DNA of 63,113 nt, filler included, from Choristocarpus tenellus KU-1152 (GCA_964200185.2; 10 parts of 10 records of this genome joined end to end with filler, not necessarily neighbours in it), one strand, 5' to 3'. Shown: positions 28,001-45,668, counted from the first letter of the whole stretch. Translations and numbers: made by a program. The notes: generated from the sequence alone by a model not told the origin.

Positions 28001-31000
28001 NNNNNNNNNNNNNNNNNNNNNCACCATTTTGGGTCAAACCCATCCTCCATAGTATGCTCCATCCTCAATTTTGGTGAGATACTGTTTACTGCTGGTGTTC
28101 CTGGTAAAGGTATGGTCGATGGAGGATATGATGGCACTCCACGCCACTTTGGTCACAATTGCAACAAACTACCCTGGGCATCTAAGAGAAATACGCTCAA
28201 ATTGTGTAGGAAGTTCAGGGGTCAGAGATGCTGCAAACAAGGTATGCATACAAAGCGAAAAAACACAGATGAGAGAACACCACAGTCTCTTCAAGGGGTA
28301 TGATGAGGGGAATCAGCCACGCACATACTTGTCCAGATAGAGCAGCGCATACGTGAACAATTTGCATACCTACCATTGGCGATGCTGACAGTCAGGAAAG
28401 ATGAAATACTCTGAAAGAAGAATGTCATCTGTGTTGCCAATGATCCACGAGGGCTTTATCCCACCATATCTTCTCATCATCCTACTCCTCATCATCACCA
28501 CAAGAAGAAGTTCCAGATGGTCCATATATTAATGGGGAAAGAAGTATATAATATACCCTCTGATCCGCCTGATATAGATAACATGCCCGTCAGGTTCTCC
28601 TACCGTGAAAATAGGCTGACTCTAAAGTTAAACGGAAGACGGAAAGGTGATGTGGTCATTTTGAGCTCCTTTTGAGTGCAGAAAAAACAAACAGGAGTAG
28701 TAGCAGCGGTGGGTATATGGGGAGGGTGTATGAGATCACTTGCACTACTAATTAATGTTTCCTTGTTGCTGCACTTAAGTTTATTTCGAATTACTCAATT
28801 CTCTCTTCTTGTTATTACTGCTTGTGCTGTTTGCTGTGTCGAAAGTGAGTCAAGTAAAAGAGAGGCCGTCAGGTTTTGGCCGTGTTGTACTTTTAGTCAG
28901 TCTTTAAATATTTTGCTATTCACATATATTTCTACGGATGGATGGAGTGCTAAGTTTGATTTAGTGTTGATTTCTCCATGGTTTGAAACTTTTCGACATA
29001 GTTCAGAAGATTTCCTACACGCATTTGAGAAAAAAAAAAGTCGAATCTTGGTGTATTTGTCAATATTCTTAAAATGTAGCTCTACCTCCTGTATGCTTAG
29101 GTCAGTAGTAGAAGTACAGCGAAGAATTTATTGATCAATGTTTCTGTTGTACTTATAAGAGTACACTAGTCCTGCTTCACTGAGCTGAGTAAAATAATAC
29201 TATTGGTTGTAGCGGTCTGGTAGTTGCGACTTCAGGGTATACATCAAAATATTATGTATGGTTTTGTTTCATTTCAATTCGAAGGCAAACCAATCGAGAC
29301 ATACTTCGGTTGCATTTTAAATATCTCGAGAAAGGGCTCAAATACGACAATATATACAATTGCAGCGAGATCCTTTGGTGAACGGTGTGAAGAGGGGTAA
29401 CACCTATTTGTCATACACTGTTGTGCACGTAAAGCAATGAAATAGGGTGTATTACTTGGAGTAAGAAAGTTGTTTCACAATGAAACGGGTCTAAACCAAA
29501 CCTACTACTCAACCAATTTGTTTGACTAGTCACCACAACTTCATAGCGAGCGAAGATCACTGATGATACTGAATAGTCGTACCTGTGTAATACTTCCAAT
29601 TTCTTCATGAATGAGTCGATATTTAAGTGATCGAACAAGGAAGTAGTGAGGATGTTCCACCCTCGAACAACACCAACATCATCTAGGAGGACAAGACAAA
29701 AACCCACACAAAAATGAAACATACATCCACATACCAAATCTAATCAACAAGAAAAAAGTGGGATGTTCAACATAGGAGCAATCTTTGAGGCCAAAAGGTA
29801 AGTAGAGCTCTAATACTTTTCAACTATTTGTCAACTTCAAGAGTGCCTGGGGGATGACTGATGCACCATAATTGACCTTCATGAGGAAAACATAAATGTG
29901 TGACTAATTCTCCTCTATGTAATACCAAAAGATTGGTCTACGCCCCCTTGATTACTCACGAAGTAGCTCTATGACTCAAAACTGTAGGTACAGTAATTCT
30001 CCTCTAAAATTATTAGTGGCCCATTCCACATAGCACCCGTTTACAACTGTTTCATCAACCATCTTCATGTCTAACAGTTACGGATTGGCCACAGCCGACA
30101 CAAATGTACCTCACTTATCAAGAGTCTCGATGCTCCCCACTCTGCTGTTGAACTCACCATACTCATTATGGAAGAATTAAATTACAAATACCATGCCTGA
30201 TAGCTCTGCTTCTGCAGAACTCACCTTACTCATTGAATTGGGAGAATGAATCAACAAATTGCAAGTATAATGCCTGATATGTCTGTCACCGCCCACATCA
30301 CATGCACAACTAAACCATCCTGTTGAACGAGGAAACAGTTTGAAATCTAATTATGTCACAATAATGTCACATCGACTGGAATTGTAGTTGTCCATCAACA
30401 CCATTAGAGTATTCCCTACAAATTTGATCATTTTTTGCAGGTTGTAACATACCAATAATATTAAAAGCATGCTGTTACTCTTTTTAATTGGATATACAAG
30501 GCACTGGGCATTTTACCCACGAGCATAATAAACCTTAAAAGTAACTGTAGGCTCGCTAATTAGCTCTCGCAGAAAAGACGCACAAGCAGAAGGATACAAA
30601 ATCCGCCATGAAGTCCAGTTCCTGCTTGGGGGGAGCCCTCATCAACCCCAAAATCATAGGTTGTATTAATCCCATTTAGAGGGCTCCACTAGCACCCTAT
30701 GCTTATCCCAGCTGACTAATTTAAGATCAAACCCTAGATCAATTTGAAAAAGGTCCTCAACAGCTAATCTCACCTTCAACAAGTATGTCCAACTAAACCA
30801 AGACCTACTCTGCGAACATGCCTGAGACATGCATGCACTACCATGCACTACCAGCCATCCCTTGAAAAAGTGAGACACTCATCCAACAGACAAACAACAC
30901 CCATCTCTGCCCTTCTCCCAACCTCCGTCTCACCTCTCAACCTGGCCAACAAACCTTGCAACAACACATGCCACAGTAAAGTTGGATTTGAACTTCGACT

Positions 31001-31263
31001 CAAAACACCACATTGGCGCATGCAGACAACCTGCCACTAACTCTCCTATTGAATGGACACCTTCTGATAGCAAAAGCCTCATCAAGAAAAGACAAAACCC
31101 TTTGCTCATAACGATGGCATCGATACAATATGTCTCTTCTTTGATTGACCTGAACGCACTTCACTCAATCCTCTCTTTCCTTTCACTCCCAATCCACAAT
31201 TCCTCGTCCAGAAGTTCATAGTATTGTTGCAATCGCAAATGATTCTATATAAGAGGTAGAACT

Positions 31264-33930
<2,667 letters not shown>

Positions 33931-34178
33931 TCACGTGACAGACAAGTTTTCATCAATGAAGTATACTTAAGACAGAACCGGATTTGGAAGTCGAAAGCAA
34001 GGGAGTGCTAGCCAATTATTCACAAAGTACACGTATCTATATAAACCCATTTGAGGGGGTGGGTGGGTGGTTGGGGGGNNNNNNNNNNNNNNNNNNNNNN
34101 NNNNNNNNNNNNNNNNNNNNNNTTAATTAATTAANNNNNNNNNNNNNNNNNNNNNNNNNNNNNNNNNNNNNNNNNNNN

Positions 34179-34437
34179 GAAGAAAGGGGAGCTCAAGGGG
34201 AAGATGGAGAAGGAGGCAAGCGCAGCGGGGGCGGCGGCGGCATTATCGGGGGGGGGGGCAAAGCGCCAGCCTGGGTCTGCTACTGCAGCAGCACTGAAGG
34301 AACGCCTTAAGGTGGAGATGATAGTTGGTAGACATGAGAAGGCATTACTAGGGGGTGTGGATGAAGGGGATGGGAGGGTGAGGTGAGGTGAGGTGTAATG
34401 AGTTTGAAGTGTTTTGTGGGAGGGAAGGGGTGGAGGT

Positions 34438-34474
<37 letters not shown>

Positions 34475-37400
34475 TACAAGAGAACTGTGTATATGTGTAT
34501 GTGGTTTCTTTGGAATATTTTTATTTTTTATTCATGCATATGGTGACAGTGAAAGAGTTATTTCAGCACAAAATGGAGTGTTTTTGTTCTTAATTGAGAC
34601 AGTTACGTCCTCCACTGGAAATTGACTGTTTTGATTTTTTTTGTTTTTAGCAGCATAATAGTATTTGTATCATAACAGTATTGGTATCATGATAGTATTT
34701 GTATCAGGTGTGTATATATTATACACATGATGCTGGGTAATGCAATTTGGAGTCAAAGTTAGAAGGTTGCACTTTTTTTAGTTGTTATTTTGTAACTGGT
34801 ACATACCTTTGTATTTATTTATATTGTATTGAAGAATGTCATGCACTAGTATTAATATAGGGATATAGTGGAATCTGTCTTCTGGTGGATTGTTGGCAAT
34901 TTTGTTTTTGGTATAAATTCAGCTGTATTATTGGGTTGATTTCTGGTTCCTTGCCCATAACATGGTGAGGTCTAGAATCACTCAGAGGAGATGGAAGTAT
35001 GGATGAAACCTGATTGTCCATGGTTGAGCTATTAAGGTTGAACCTTCGAGGTAGTGGATAGTACAGAAGAGCATTCCATGCACCAACACAATCAATTTCC
35101 TAGAAATTCCATCATGACATATACCTATATGACCTCAGTATTATTTGTAATATTATTACTATGATTTTATTTTAATTATTTATGTTCATTGTGATTACCT
35201 ATCACCGTGGAAGTGTGCACCCGACAATTGATCCAACTCACCTCATATACTTTCATGTTTTATGTATCACAAAAAATTAAATGTATCATGTTTCATGCAT
35301 AATGTATCATGTATCATGATTGTTACTCTCTGTTTGTTTGGTGTGATAATAATAATGATGATAATAATAATATTAGAGTGTGGAGGAGCAGCTGAGGGTG
35401 TTGAGGGTGGAGAGGAAGAAGCAGCAGCGGGCAGTGGTCCTTCTAGAGAGAGAGTCCAAGAAATGTCATGAGCTGGAGGAGGGACTTGCAGCGCTGAAGA
35501 GACAGAGGGTGAGTGAGATACACTTCAGTCTTGGTGTATGTTGTACTGTACTTGTACTACTGTAGTACCTTTTGTCTAGAGTACAGGTTGGAACTAAAGG
35601 TATATGCATTGTTCTGTACTTTGTGGTCCCAGTACTTTCCTGTACTTCAATACTTGTACTTCATTACTGTACTTCAATACCTCAATACTTGTACTGTGTG
35701 ATACTGGTGTACTATTGGTACTTCATTTTGTATGTACTGGTTGCCAAAACCTGATTGAACCGGAGGAATCCCCTCATAAAGTTATTGTAATCTTTTATTC
35801 TGTATTAAAATTGTGATTAGTTAGAATTGTGATGAGTTGGGCAGAAGTATTTCTGTGACATACAGAAACGTACTGAGCCTGAAAATGTTGCACTGTATTG
35901 AGAAGGATGTATTGAGAAGGATTGTTGGTACGTTAGGGTTGATTGGGATTTTTTGATTGGCAGAAGGTTTGCAAAAAGTACTTGGGTTTTCTATCAGATT
36001 TGGCGATAGGTAAATATGTACAGTTTTGTAAAGGGGGGGAATTTTGCTGTAGAATAAGTACAGTGACAATAGCAGTAATACACGTACCGTAAGCTATAGG
36101 GTTAGGGTTAGTGGCATTCAATAGTCTCGTTCTATATGTTTGAACTAAAACTAAAACTAGAACTACTCTGTCATCCTGGTATGACTTTTTATTCAGAAGG
36201 TGGTAGTTGATGATTAGGTTATGTTACTTGTCAAGTGTTACAAATTGATGTTGTCTGATATTGATATTGATATTGATATTGATATTGAGACATTTTATTT
36301 GCTTCGAAGTGGTCCTGTTTTGAATTGTGTGAAGTGATATGCTTGGTAACAAAAAAAAACTTTTAATATCTCTTCATACCCATGCATAGTTTGCATAAAT
36401 TCTTTTGTGTAATATTTGAGAAGTTTTGATGTATTGAAAGGCGTTTTGGTTGACAAGGTCATGCAATCTGGATATAGGAATGATAATTTTGTTAATGTGG
36501 AATTGGGGAATTGGAATTGTCTTTATGAAGTATTGTTGTGATTGAAAGACCCTACCTGACCCTTTTGCCACAAGTATTCTTCTTCTTCTTCTTCTTCTTA
36601 TTATTATATGTCTGATGATAACCACATGGCACAGTTCTTGACTTGAGGAGGATGATCTTGAAATCCAATACTTCCCAGTTTTTTTTAACACTTTTTTGTG
36701 TCATGTACAATACTTTTTTCTTGTTGTGGTGATGAGGTCTCATAAAATAATAATATAATAGGGGAGTGTTTTGTTGCACGCTGATTTGGTTCCACAATCC
36801 CATACACTTGAATAAAATAGACTCACTTCAATCAAATAAACTTAGTTAAATCAAAATAAAATCACTACACATAACTACCACTCTCTTCTTCTGCAAAAAC
36901 CCGTCAATACCGTATTTGAGTGTCCTTTGAGGGTGTCAACTGCATTGCTGTATTTATAAATAAGTACTGTATTTATGAATAAGTACTGTATCTATAAATA
37001 AGTATTGTGTCTATAAATAAGTACTGTATCTATAAATAAGTACTGTATTTATAAATAAGTACTGTATCTATAAATAAGTACTGTGTCTATAAATAAGTAC
37101 TGTGTCTATAAATAAGTACTGTATTTATAAATAAGTACTGTGTCTATAAATAAGTACTGTGTCTATAAATAAGTACTGTATCTATAAATAAGTACTGTAT
37201 TTATAAATAAGTACTGTGTCTATAAATAAGTACTCTGTCTATAAATAAGTACTGTATCTATAAATAAGTACTGTATTTATAAATAAGTACTGTATTTATA
37301 AATAAGTACTGTGTCTATAAATAAGTACTGTGTCTATAAATAAGTACTGTGTCTATAAATAAGTACTGTGTCTATAAATAAGTACTGTGTCTATAAATAA

Positions 37401-40400
37401 GTACTGTGTCTATAAATAAGTACTGTATCTATAAATAAGTACTGTATCTATAAATAAGTACTGTGTCTATAAATAAGTACTGTGTCTATAAATAAGTACT
37501 GTATTTATAAATAAGTACTGTATTTATAAATAAGTACTGTATCTATAAATAAGTACTGTGTCTATAAATAAGTACTGTATTTATAAATAAGTACTCTGTC
37601 TATAAATAAGTACTGTATCTATAAATAAGTACTGTGTCTATAAATAAGTACTGTATTTATAAATAGGTACTGTATCTATAAATAAGTACTGTATTTATAA
37701 ATAAGTACTGTATCTATAAATAAGTACTGTGTCTATAAATAAGTACTGTGTCTATAAATAAGTACTGTATTTATAAATAAGTACTGTATCTATAAATAAG
37801 TACTGTGTCTATAAATAAGTACTGTGTCTATAAATAAGTACTGTATCTATAAATAAGTACTGTGTCTATAAATAAGTACTGTATTTATAAATAAGTACTG
37901 TGTTTGTTAAAATTGCCGCGGAAAGACTTTGAGTTGGTTTACCATGTGGAGAGGATTATTTCAATTTTAATTTTTATTGAATAAAATAAATAAAAGATAT
38001 GTTTTTGGCGTGTGGGGTGTACTTGGATTTACTCTCTGTTATGACTTGTCATCTAAAGATTTAATTTTTGATTTTGAGTTAAGGATAAATTACGAATATT
38101 ATTGATTAAAAAAAAAAAATTGTGATTTAGTGTTTTCAAAAGTTTTTCCCCCCATTATGTACTTCCTCTGCAAGTATTGAGACAAAATGACCCCAGCCCA
38201 AATTTTGGTTTAATTTTTTTTTAATTTTAATTTTTTTGTTTGGAATTTTGAAATGAACTTATGTTTTATTTTTATTGGTGATGTTGGTTTGTTGCAGTCA
38301 TGTCTTGGCCTTGTTCTGCCAAGAGCAGAGATGGTTCCTCTTGAGTTTTGTCATGATGTAGCCACTGTTGTCCTGCTGTAACCCATGTGAATTTGTTACT
38401 TGGGGTGGTTTCAGGTACTCCTCCAGAAAAAACAACAGCAGGCTGGTAAAAGACATCGAGAATATGAACAGCGCATGGCAAGAGAGATACAGGTGTGGAA
38501 ATGAGGATGGGTTTTGGAGGGGGCCTGGGTAGCGTCATTGCCGGTCTCTGAATTGCACAACGGCGAGCTGTGAAATTCTTTTGTTTTCTATGTACTTGTT
38601 GACTATTATTGACTGCAGAGGTAGATGGGTGGGGTAGATTGTGAAGGTATTTCCTTTACCACTCTTTGTGTATTTGGTTATTGAGGTGCCTCTATGTGTA
38701 CCTGTTTTATTTTATTTTTTGTTTTCTGTACTCTGTTGTTTGTGTGTGTTTCACTAGTAGTGAATTAATAATAATAATAATGTTATTACTGTACCTTTGA
38801 AGTAGAACCTTTATTAGACACTCATGACTTGGAGTATTTATTGTATTATCATTGCATTGATGGTAACAATTGTGGATAGAAATATTATTGATAGTATTAG
38901 TTGCAGTTCTGAAGTAGATTAATCTTGTTCGTTAGACTTTGGTCCTTTGGAGTAGTACCATGTGTAATTCAGTCTAGTGAGTAATCTACATCATTGCAAA
39001 CATAGTTTAATTTTTTTTTTGTTCATGGTTGTGTTTGTATTGAGATTTATGGATTTAACTGTTTCCCGCACTAATGTGTTTCACAGCCCACCCCCACCAT
39101 TTTTTTGCCTTAATTTAAATACCATCACCTCATTTCCTTTCTACTCAATGATTGAAGTAGACCCTTGCATTCTATACTATACTATACTATGCTATACCAT
39201 ACAATACAATACAATACAAGGTAGTGAATCTTCAAATAGTCTCATTTGAACAAGGCATGACCAAATTGTTACACCAGACATTCCAAGAGGTTACTACCAT
39301 GTCCTTCTCTGTGGACATGTGATATATCTCATATCACATATCCACAGTCCACATGTCCTTCACACATTGGATTGTTGTCACATATTTTGTATCCTGTGTT
39401 GATGTGGTTGCACTGTCTGTCTTTTGATTTGTATATATATTTGTACATGTATGGGGCTATGGATATGGGCGTAACTTTGCCCTCTGTTGGGTACATTCAG
39501 GCTCTGCGCAAGACACACAGGAAGGACAGGCGGCACATGAGCAAGATGGACCTAGAGGTTAGAAAACAGAAGGCTGCCCCTTCTCGCAGGACTCAGCAGG
39601 TACAAAACATATAAATATAATAATAACAATAATAATATGTACTGTGAAATGGTTCCTTAAAAAATAATAATAAGACAATCGGTTTTATTGCTGTATAGTA
39701 GTAGATACACACCATGTACTCAACTATTGTACTGTGTTCCTTGACCGTACTGGATTGTACTTTTTCATACTGGTTTGTACTGTACCATACTGTGCTGCTG
39801 TACCATATCATACTGTACTTCAATGTAATGTACCATACTGTACTTCAATGTAATGTACCATACTGTACTTCAATGTACTGTACCATACTGTACTTCAATG
39901 TAATGTATCATACTGTACTTCAATGTAATGTACCATACTGTACTTCAATGTACTGTACCATACTGTACTTCAATGTAATGTATCATACTGTACTTCAATG
40001 TAATGTACCATACTGTACTTCAATGCAATGTACCATACTGCACTTCAATGTAGGTGGGGCGTATGGGGGAAAAGCTCAAGCGAACAGAACAGCACCTACT
40101 ACGCCTTCTAGCAATGCGGAAACAGGAGAGAGACACACAATGTGGAAGGCATACTAGGGGAAGACTTGGAACCGCTGGTTCAGGTAGTAGTAGTGCTGGT
40201 GCAGGCGTTTCTGTTGGAGGAACCACTGCCTCCAACTCTGATGATAAAGAATCCCTGACCACTGCTGCTGCTGTGGCTGCTGCAGCACAGGCTATGGGTG
40301 GTGTTAGGGAGGGGGGAATGAATAAGCATGATGACGTGGGAAAGGGAGGTAAGTGGTGCCTTGATTAGAGGGAGAGGGATAGAGTAAGAAAGATTCTACT

Positions 40401-43400
40401 CAGGAGTATTTGTTTATTATTTTTGATTTTTCTGGTGGATTAGAACTTGTTTTCAAACAAGCCAAAAGTTTGTAGTGTAGAGTAGTGTAGAGTTGTGAAC
40501 CGGCACTGATTATAGTTGGCAACATACAGTTGATTGTGGTTAAGTGATAACCAGATAGATACATATATATTAACGAATATTTCAGCTATTCCATGCATTT
40601 TCTGTGTATGTACATGCCTCCAAGAGGACCTCTTGGTATCGTGTGTAGGTGTGTCAGAATAATAATCAATTATGTGTCAGAGTAATCAACAATTAAAAGA
40701 AATTAAGTCTCTGGTGAGGCTCTCACTACTCTGGACTAATGGCCACTTGTCATGCATTGTTAAGCTGTTAGAACTGAACCAATTATTATTATTATTATTA
40801 TTTGCATATTCTCGTCTGTAATGTGTTGGTATTGTTAAATCTGTTTAACCTCTGTGACTTTAGTGCTTACTGAATCCTTAACTAATTTTATTCCTTACAC
40901 TGTTACTATTACAAAATCAATATTTATAGGTGTGAAGGTTGGGGGAGGGGGCAAGGAGGAGGGGAGGGGTGGAGGGAGTGCGTTGGCGATGGCTGCAGCT
41001 AAGGTGACAGCAGCAAAGCATGTTCTGGATGAATTGGTTTCGGTTAGGGTGGCGGAGGCGGAGCTGAGACAGGAGTTTGCAGCTAAGATTCAGATCTATG
41101 ATGAGCAAACTTCTCTTCAGGTGGGACAGATGTAAGGAGGAGGGAGATGTCCTGTATTCCTCTTTTTTTTGTGGTATATTTTTATTTTTGTTCTTTTTTT
41201 ATATCCTCCTGAGGTATTGCAGAGGATGGATCCTCACTTGGAGGGATTTAACCCTTACATTAAGTGAACGATGATTTGAATTGTGTTGGACATTCTGTTA
41301 GATGTTAGACACATTCTGTTAGATGCTAGACAATTCACAAAAGAATAGATGACATTATCCTTTCTTGGGCATTTCCCAGTACGATGCCTTTCTTGTAATT
41401 AATCTAAATTGTACGAACATCTATACTTTGCTTATTGTCAGTGTATAGTTAATTTCTTTCCAACTTTTCCTGCATACACATTTAACTTTTATTCTTACAT
41501 CAATATGTATGACATTCTCTGTCACTATTTTTATTTTTTTCATATATACTTTGTATCTTCAGATTAATAAAAGTAATGATTTTGTTCTTTGTTTTTCATA
41601 GACCCGTAAGTTATTTCCTGTTAGGGTTAGTAGTAGTAATAATAATAGTAATAATAGTAAATTTGTTGTCTTAACTATATCAGATGTGAGACTTTGTATT
41701 GAGATAGTAATTGCTGCCTGTTCTCCAAGAGCTCTAATATAATTATTTCTGTTATTAACTAGATCTTGGATAGTACCACTTTGTTCTGAAAAATTCAATT
41801 GTTCCACTGATTTATTTTTGAATTTCAGAATATCCTCCATAATACTTATGTTTGTAATCAACTATATATTATGACTTTCTTGCTTGATTGAGTTGTGGTG
41901 GTATTCCAGCATGACTTATTCTGTATATTGTTATATGATCGATATGCTATGGTTTCCAGTGTATGGTGTCATTTTATCAAGAGGCAACCTGAATCGTTGG
42001 CGTCCTCTCTGATTGTTCAAATGTTTCTTTGTTAAGACTTTCTTTAGATAATCAATGTTTGCTGCATGACTAAGGATATGTAGCTCCATTTGTAAGTAAT
42101 CTACAGGAATTACTATTATTTTGATTATTTCCAGCTGAGGTGGTGGAGTGGGCAGGGTAAACACAGTTTTTTCTGAGGTTGTGTGAATAGGTTAGGGATA
42201 GGGATCTCTTTGATTTTTCTTGTTTCATGTATCTTTTTTTTATTCTGTTTTGTGAGACAATCAACGAGAAAGATGGCTGCAGGTTTCTGGATATATATAT
42301 ATATATTTGTACATTGATATGTGAAGGTATTAGAATAAGAAGTGATCAAGATATCTGTACATGACCTACATGATAGGCATGTATGTAGACAGCTGCAGAA
42401 GGGCTTCATGGAGGCAGTTGTGACAAAGGCTACATCAAGGGTGGGAGTGCAGACTGTATGACCTCTTGTATGCCCACATTATTGGTAGTGTAGTATAGTG
42501 TAGTAGTGGAGTGGAGTCGATGACTGCAGAGGTGTTCAATGTAACAAGTTGATGTGGAAGACTTGCCTCCCTTCTGCCTCCCTACCTCCCAAAATCCCTT
42601 ATCTTTGCAGTCTACTTGTCTACTTGTCTACTTCATTTTTGAACAGGGGCATTGTCCAGCCCCTCCTTTCCCCCCCTCCCCCTCTATAGTACCATGACAT
42701 TGGATGTTTGAATACATGTTTGGCGATTGTGATTGCTGCTATTAATATAAATATTAACTTTTTTTGTGTGTGTGTGTGAGTAAGATGTGTGGGGTCCAGT
42801 ATTCCAGTTGAGTTGGGACAATGTCGACATCTATGGGAGATGATTGCAGAAGGTATATAAGATGTATTAGACATACTAGATATAATTGACATTTTAGAAA
42901 TATATACCCTGGACCATATAGTACCAGAATCGATGAGTAGCAGAGCAAGCAGCAGTGTTCTGATGTGCCCCCCCTCCTTCTGCTGTTAGAAATAAAAATA
43001 TTTTTTCCTCCCAATGCTTGGTTAGCAGCAACAATGGTACCCCACTATGGAGGAGACTGGAACCATCTTTGGGCATGGATCAATTCAGTTTAAAGTTTAA
43101 GATTGTTTTGAATGTTGAATGTTGCAGGTGAGCTACATCAACCTCCTGCGTGGCTATCAGTCTCAGTTGCGGGATGTGAAGGCGAAAGACAGTGGCTCTG
43201 TAAGGGAGACAGAGCCTGGAGTGGAAAATGTCGATCCAGGAAAGAGAAACAATGCGGTTGGTGGAGTTAGGGGGAAGGGGAATGGGGAGGCTGGGGATGT
43301 TGACACGTTGGAGGGGCAGAAGGAGGGATTGGAAGCGTTATTGGAGGAGACAGAAAAGGTGGGTTTTTGATATTTGTCAGTTAGTAGTGGTAGTAAGAAT

Positions 43401-45032
43401 ATCGATATATTGATACATTTCAATTAATAGTGATACTAAGAATATCGATATATTGATATTTGTCAGTTAGTAGTGGTAGTAAGAATATCGATATATTGAT
43501 ATTTGTCAGTTAGTAGTGGTAGTAAGAATATCGATATATTGATACATGTCAATTAGTAGTGGTAGTAAGAATATTGATATATTGATAGATGTCAATTAGT
43601 AGTGATACTAAGAATATCGATCGATATATTGATGATACACTATCTGGAGCATTTTTATTGCTTGAATTTTTTCTTGTTTTGTTTATCATGCGTGTAGTCT
43701 TTTTTTATATTTATGTTTATATATGTATATTTATTTGACAACACAAAAATCGGAATTGGAGGGGTTTTTTAACTTAGCTTCAGATTATTCTTGCTTGATA
43801 AGATTTTTTTTTAGGTCTACGGATTGTTGCATGCAAGTCATATTTGGTTCTTGTTTCCCTTCACACTTTAAAAATACCATTTTTTATTGGTGATGTAAAG
43901 AGTGCTTATCTTGTCAAATACAATAGTTGTTGAAGTTGTATTGCCTTTAATAATATTATTATTGCTATTTTTTCAGAGTGCAGCAACTATGTGCTTTGAG
44001 AAGTTGTTGTATGTTAGGGTTAGGGTTAGGGTTGCATGCTTTGGTGTTTTTGTATCATTCATTTTTTGTATTTGTATTTCCTGATCTCAGCACACACCTA
44101 TCATATGTATCTAGAGGTGTAATCCATCTTTTACAGTTGTTCTATCCCCTCTCCCCCACCACACACCAAATATATAATCCTATCACGCACAAGTGTGTCC
44201 TTAAATCCAAACTGCATCCTTCCTTTCCATTCAGGAGGTGGAGAGTACGCAGGCAGGTCTGGAGGTATTGGGTGAAGAGCTTGATGATATGTGCCGTAGG
44301 CTAAGTCTGGGAGACAGCTTCCAGGTATACCCTTAGTTGAGGGGGGGGTGTGGTGACAAGTAGTATTGTTATTATCATGTTTGTATTTTGCATTCATTAT
44401 TATTAAATATTATTATTATTACTATTGCAATTTATTAATTTAGTATTTAGTACTATGTGGTACTGTGCTTGTTGATTTTAAGGTGAGTTATATGCCCTCT
44501 ATTCTGTAGATGATTAGTGGTGATTAGTGGTGAGGGTAATCTTTGATGTCTTGATTAATTTAGTTATGTCTTGATTAATTTAGTTATGACTTGGAACGGT
44601 TTCCTCCACCACACCAATTTATTTATTTCCTCCACCACACCACTTTATTTATTGTTGGGTTGGTCATTTTGTGTTCACTAGTAGATACCTTTGTTTACTT
44701 TTTCCTGCATGTGGGCATTTCTTGTCCCCAGGCCAACTATCCACAACCACTATTTGTAAGAGGTATCTATCTATCGATATATCCTCAGAAGCATACCATA
44801 CCACTCTCCAAGTTCTGAAACTGATATATAAACATTGTCTTAACCCTATCACTACATACAAGTAATATTCTGTTTCTCCCTAAACTTATCTCTCCGCCTT
44901 TTGTGTTATGAAATCCTGACACTGTACAGGGACAGAGCCCTGAGGTATCCAATATTAACAGTGCTAATAATAACAAGAGTACCAAGAATACCTTCTCACC
45001 ACAAAGGGGTGGGGATGGTGGGGATGGAGGGG
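34179..45032 (+). CDS. Kinesin-4-like (KIF4/KIF21/KIF27-type) coiled-coil stalk region, 9 exons; partial
   Basis: Phase-compatible exons: 34179-34311, 35377-35508, 38415-38492, 39501-39599, 40054-40348, 40930-41120, 43128-43358, 44235-44324, 44930-45032. The spliced text ELEEGLAALKRQRVLLQKK...REIQALRK...SRRTQQV resembles the kinesin-4 stalk. The motor domain is not in the window. Confidence 0.7.
36950..37903. repeat. 19-bp minisatellite, about 50 units (TATAAATAAGTACTGTRTY)
   Basis: Near-perfect array in the intron between exons 35377-35508 and 38415-38492. Confidence 0.97.
39786..40053. repeat. 25-bp minisatellite (TACTG-TACTT-CAATG-TAATG-TACCA), about 10 units, ending at a splice acceptor
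   Basis: Read directly; the last unit ends caatgtag immediately before exon 40054. Confidence 0.9.
43370..43630. repeat. 43-bp tandem repeat x 6
   Basis: atatttgtcagttagtagtggtagtaagaatatcgatatattg at 43370, 43413 and onward. Confidence 0.9.
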
Positions 45033-45132
45033 NNNNNNNNNNNNNNNNNNNNNNNNNNNNNNNNNNNNNNNNNNNNTTAATTAATTAANNNNNNNNNNNN
45101 NNNNNNNNNNNNNNNNNNNNNNNNNNNNNNNN

Positions 45133-45247
45133 TTTTTTTGTTAACATATCAAAACCGACACGTTCGACAAAATCACACCAAAAAAGTAAAAAACAAAAAA
45201 AGGGTGAAAAACGGACGCCGACACTCCCCCCCAAGATACCTTGACCC
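45133..45247. mobile_element. End of a sister TIR element (…CCCCCCAAGATACCTTGACCC)
   Basis: Reverse complement of the GGGTCAAAGTATCTGGGGGG terminus seen at 8197 and 63094. Confidence 0.65.
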
Positions 45248-45668
45248 TCTTGTAAAATGAACAGTATCACCATACTCTTGATGGTAGGGCGCCACTGGCA
45301 TACATAGTTATCGGGATAAAACATGAGTGGGGAGGAGTTATGACAAGGAAGGTTACTTGCGGATGTCAATCGTAGAAGAAGTCCCTGGCTGTGACTAGGG
45401 TATATCCACGGATACATCATCTGTCTCGGTGAGTTCTTCAGCAGCCACTGTCTTCACAGAATGTGGATGGATGTTCAATGGTCCTCTTGAGTAAAGAGGT
45501 GTTTTGGACAAAGCAAACACTGGGAAAGATAAATTTGAAGGCTGATGCATGGGAAGAGAGGTATGCAGGAGTGTATATAGAATGACTTGGTAATCAGCAG
45601 AATGGTGAGGTCAGCAGAAAGGGGCTGCTTGTTATGCGTGCAGTATCATACATTGGTTCGACTGCATT

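Noticed and set aside
28022-28560. Coding-looking segment with short ORFs
   Set aside because: No recognisable motif or consistent splice structure in any frame.
36950-37903. Possible CRISPR-like array (also considered for 21843-22740 and 43370-43630)
   Set aside because: Head-to-tail units with no unique spacers, no cas genes, and a eukaryotic intron context.
39714-40157. Repetitive 147-aa ORF (YHTVLQCNVPYC...)
   Set aside because: A translation of the 25-bp minisatellite, out of frame with the real exon.
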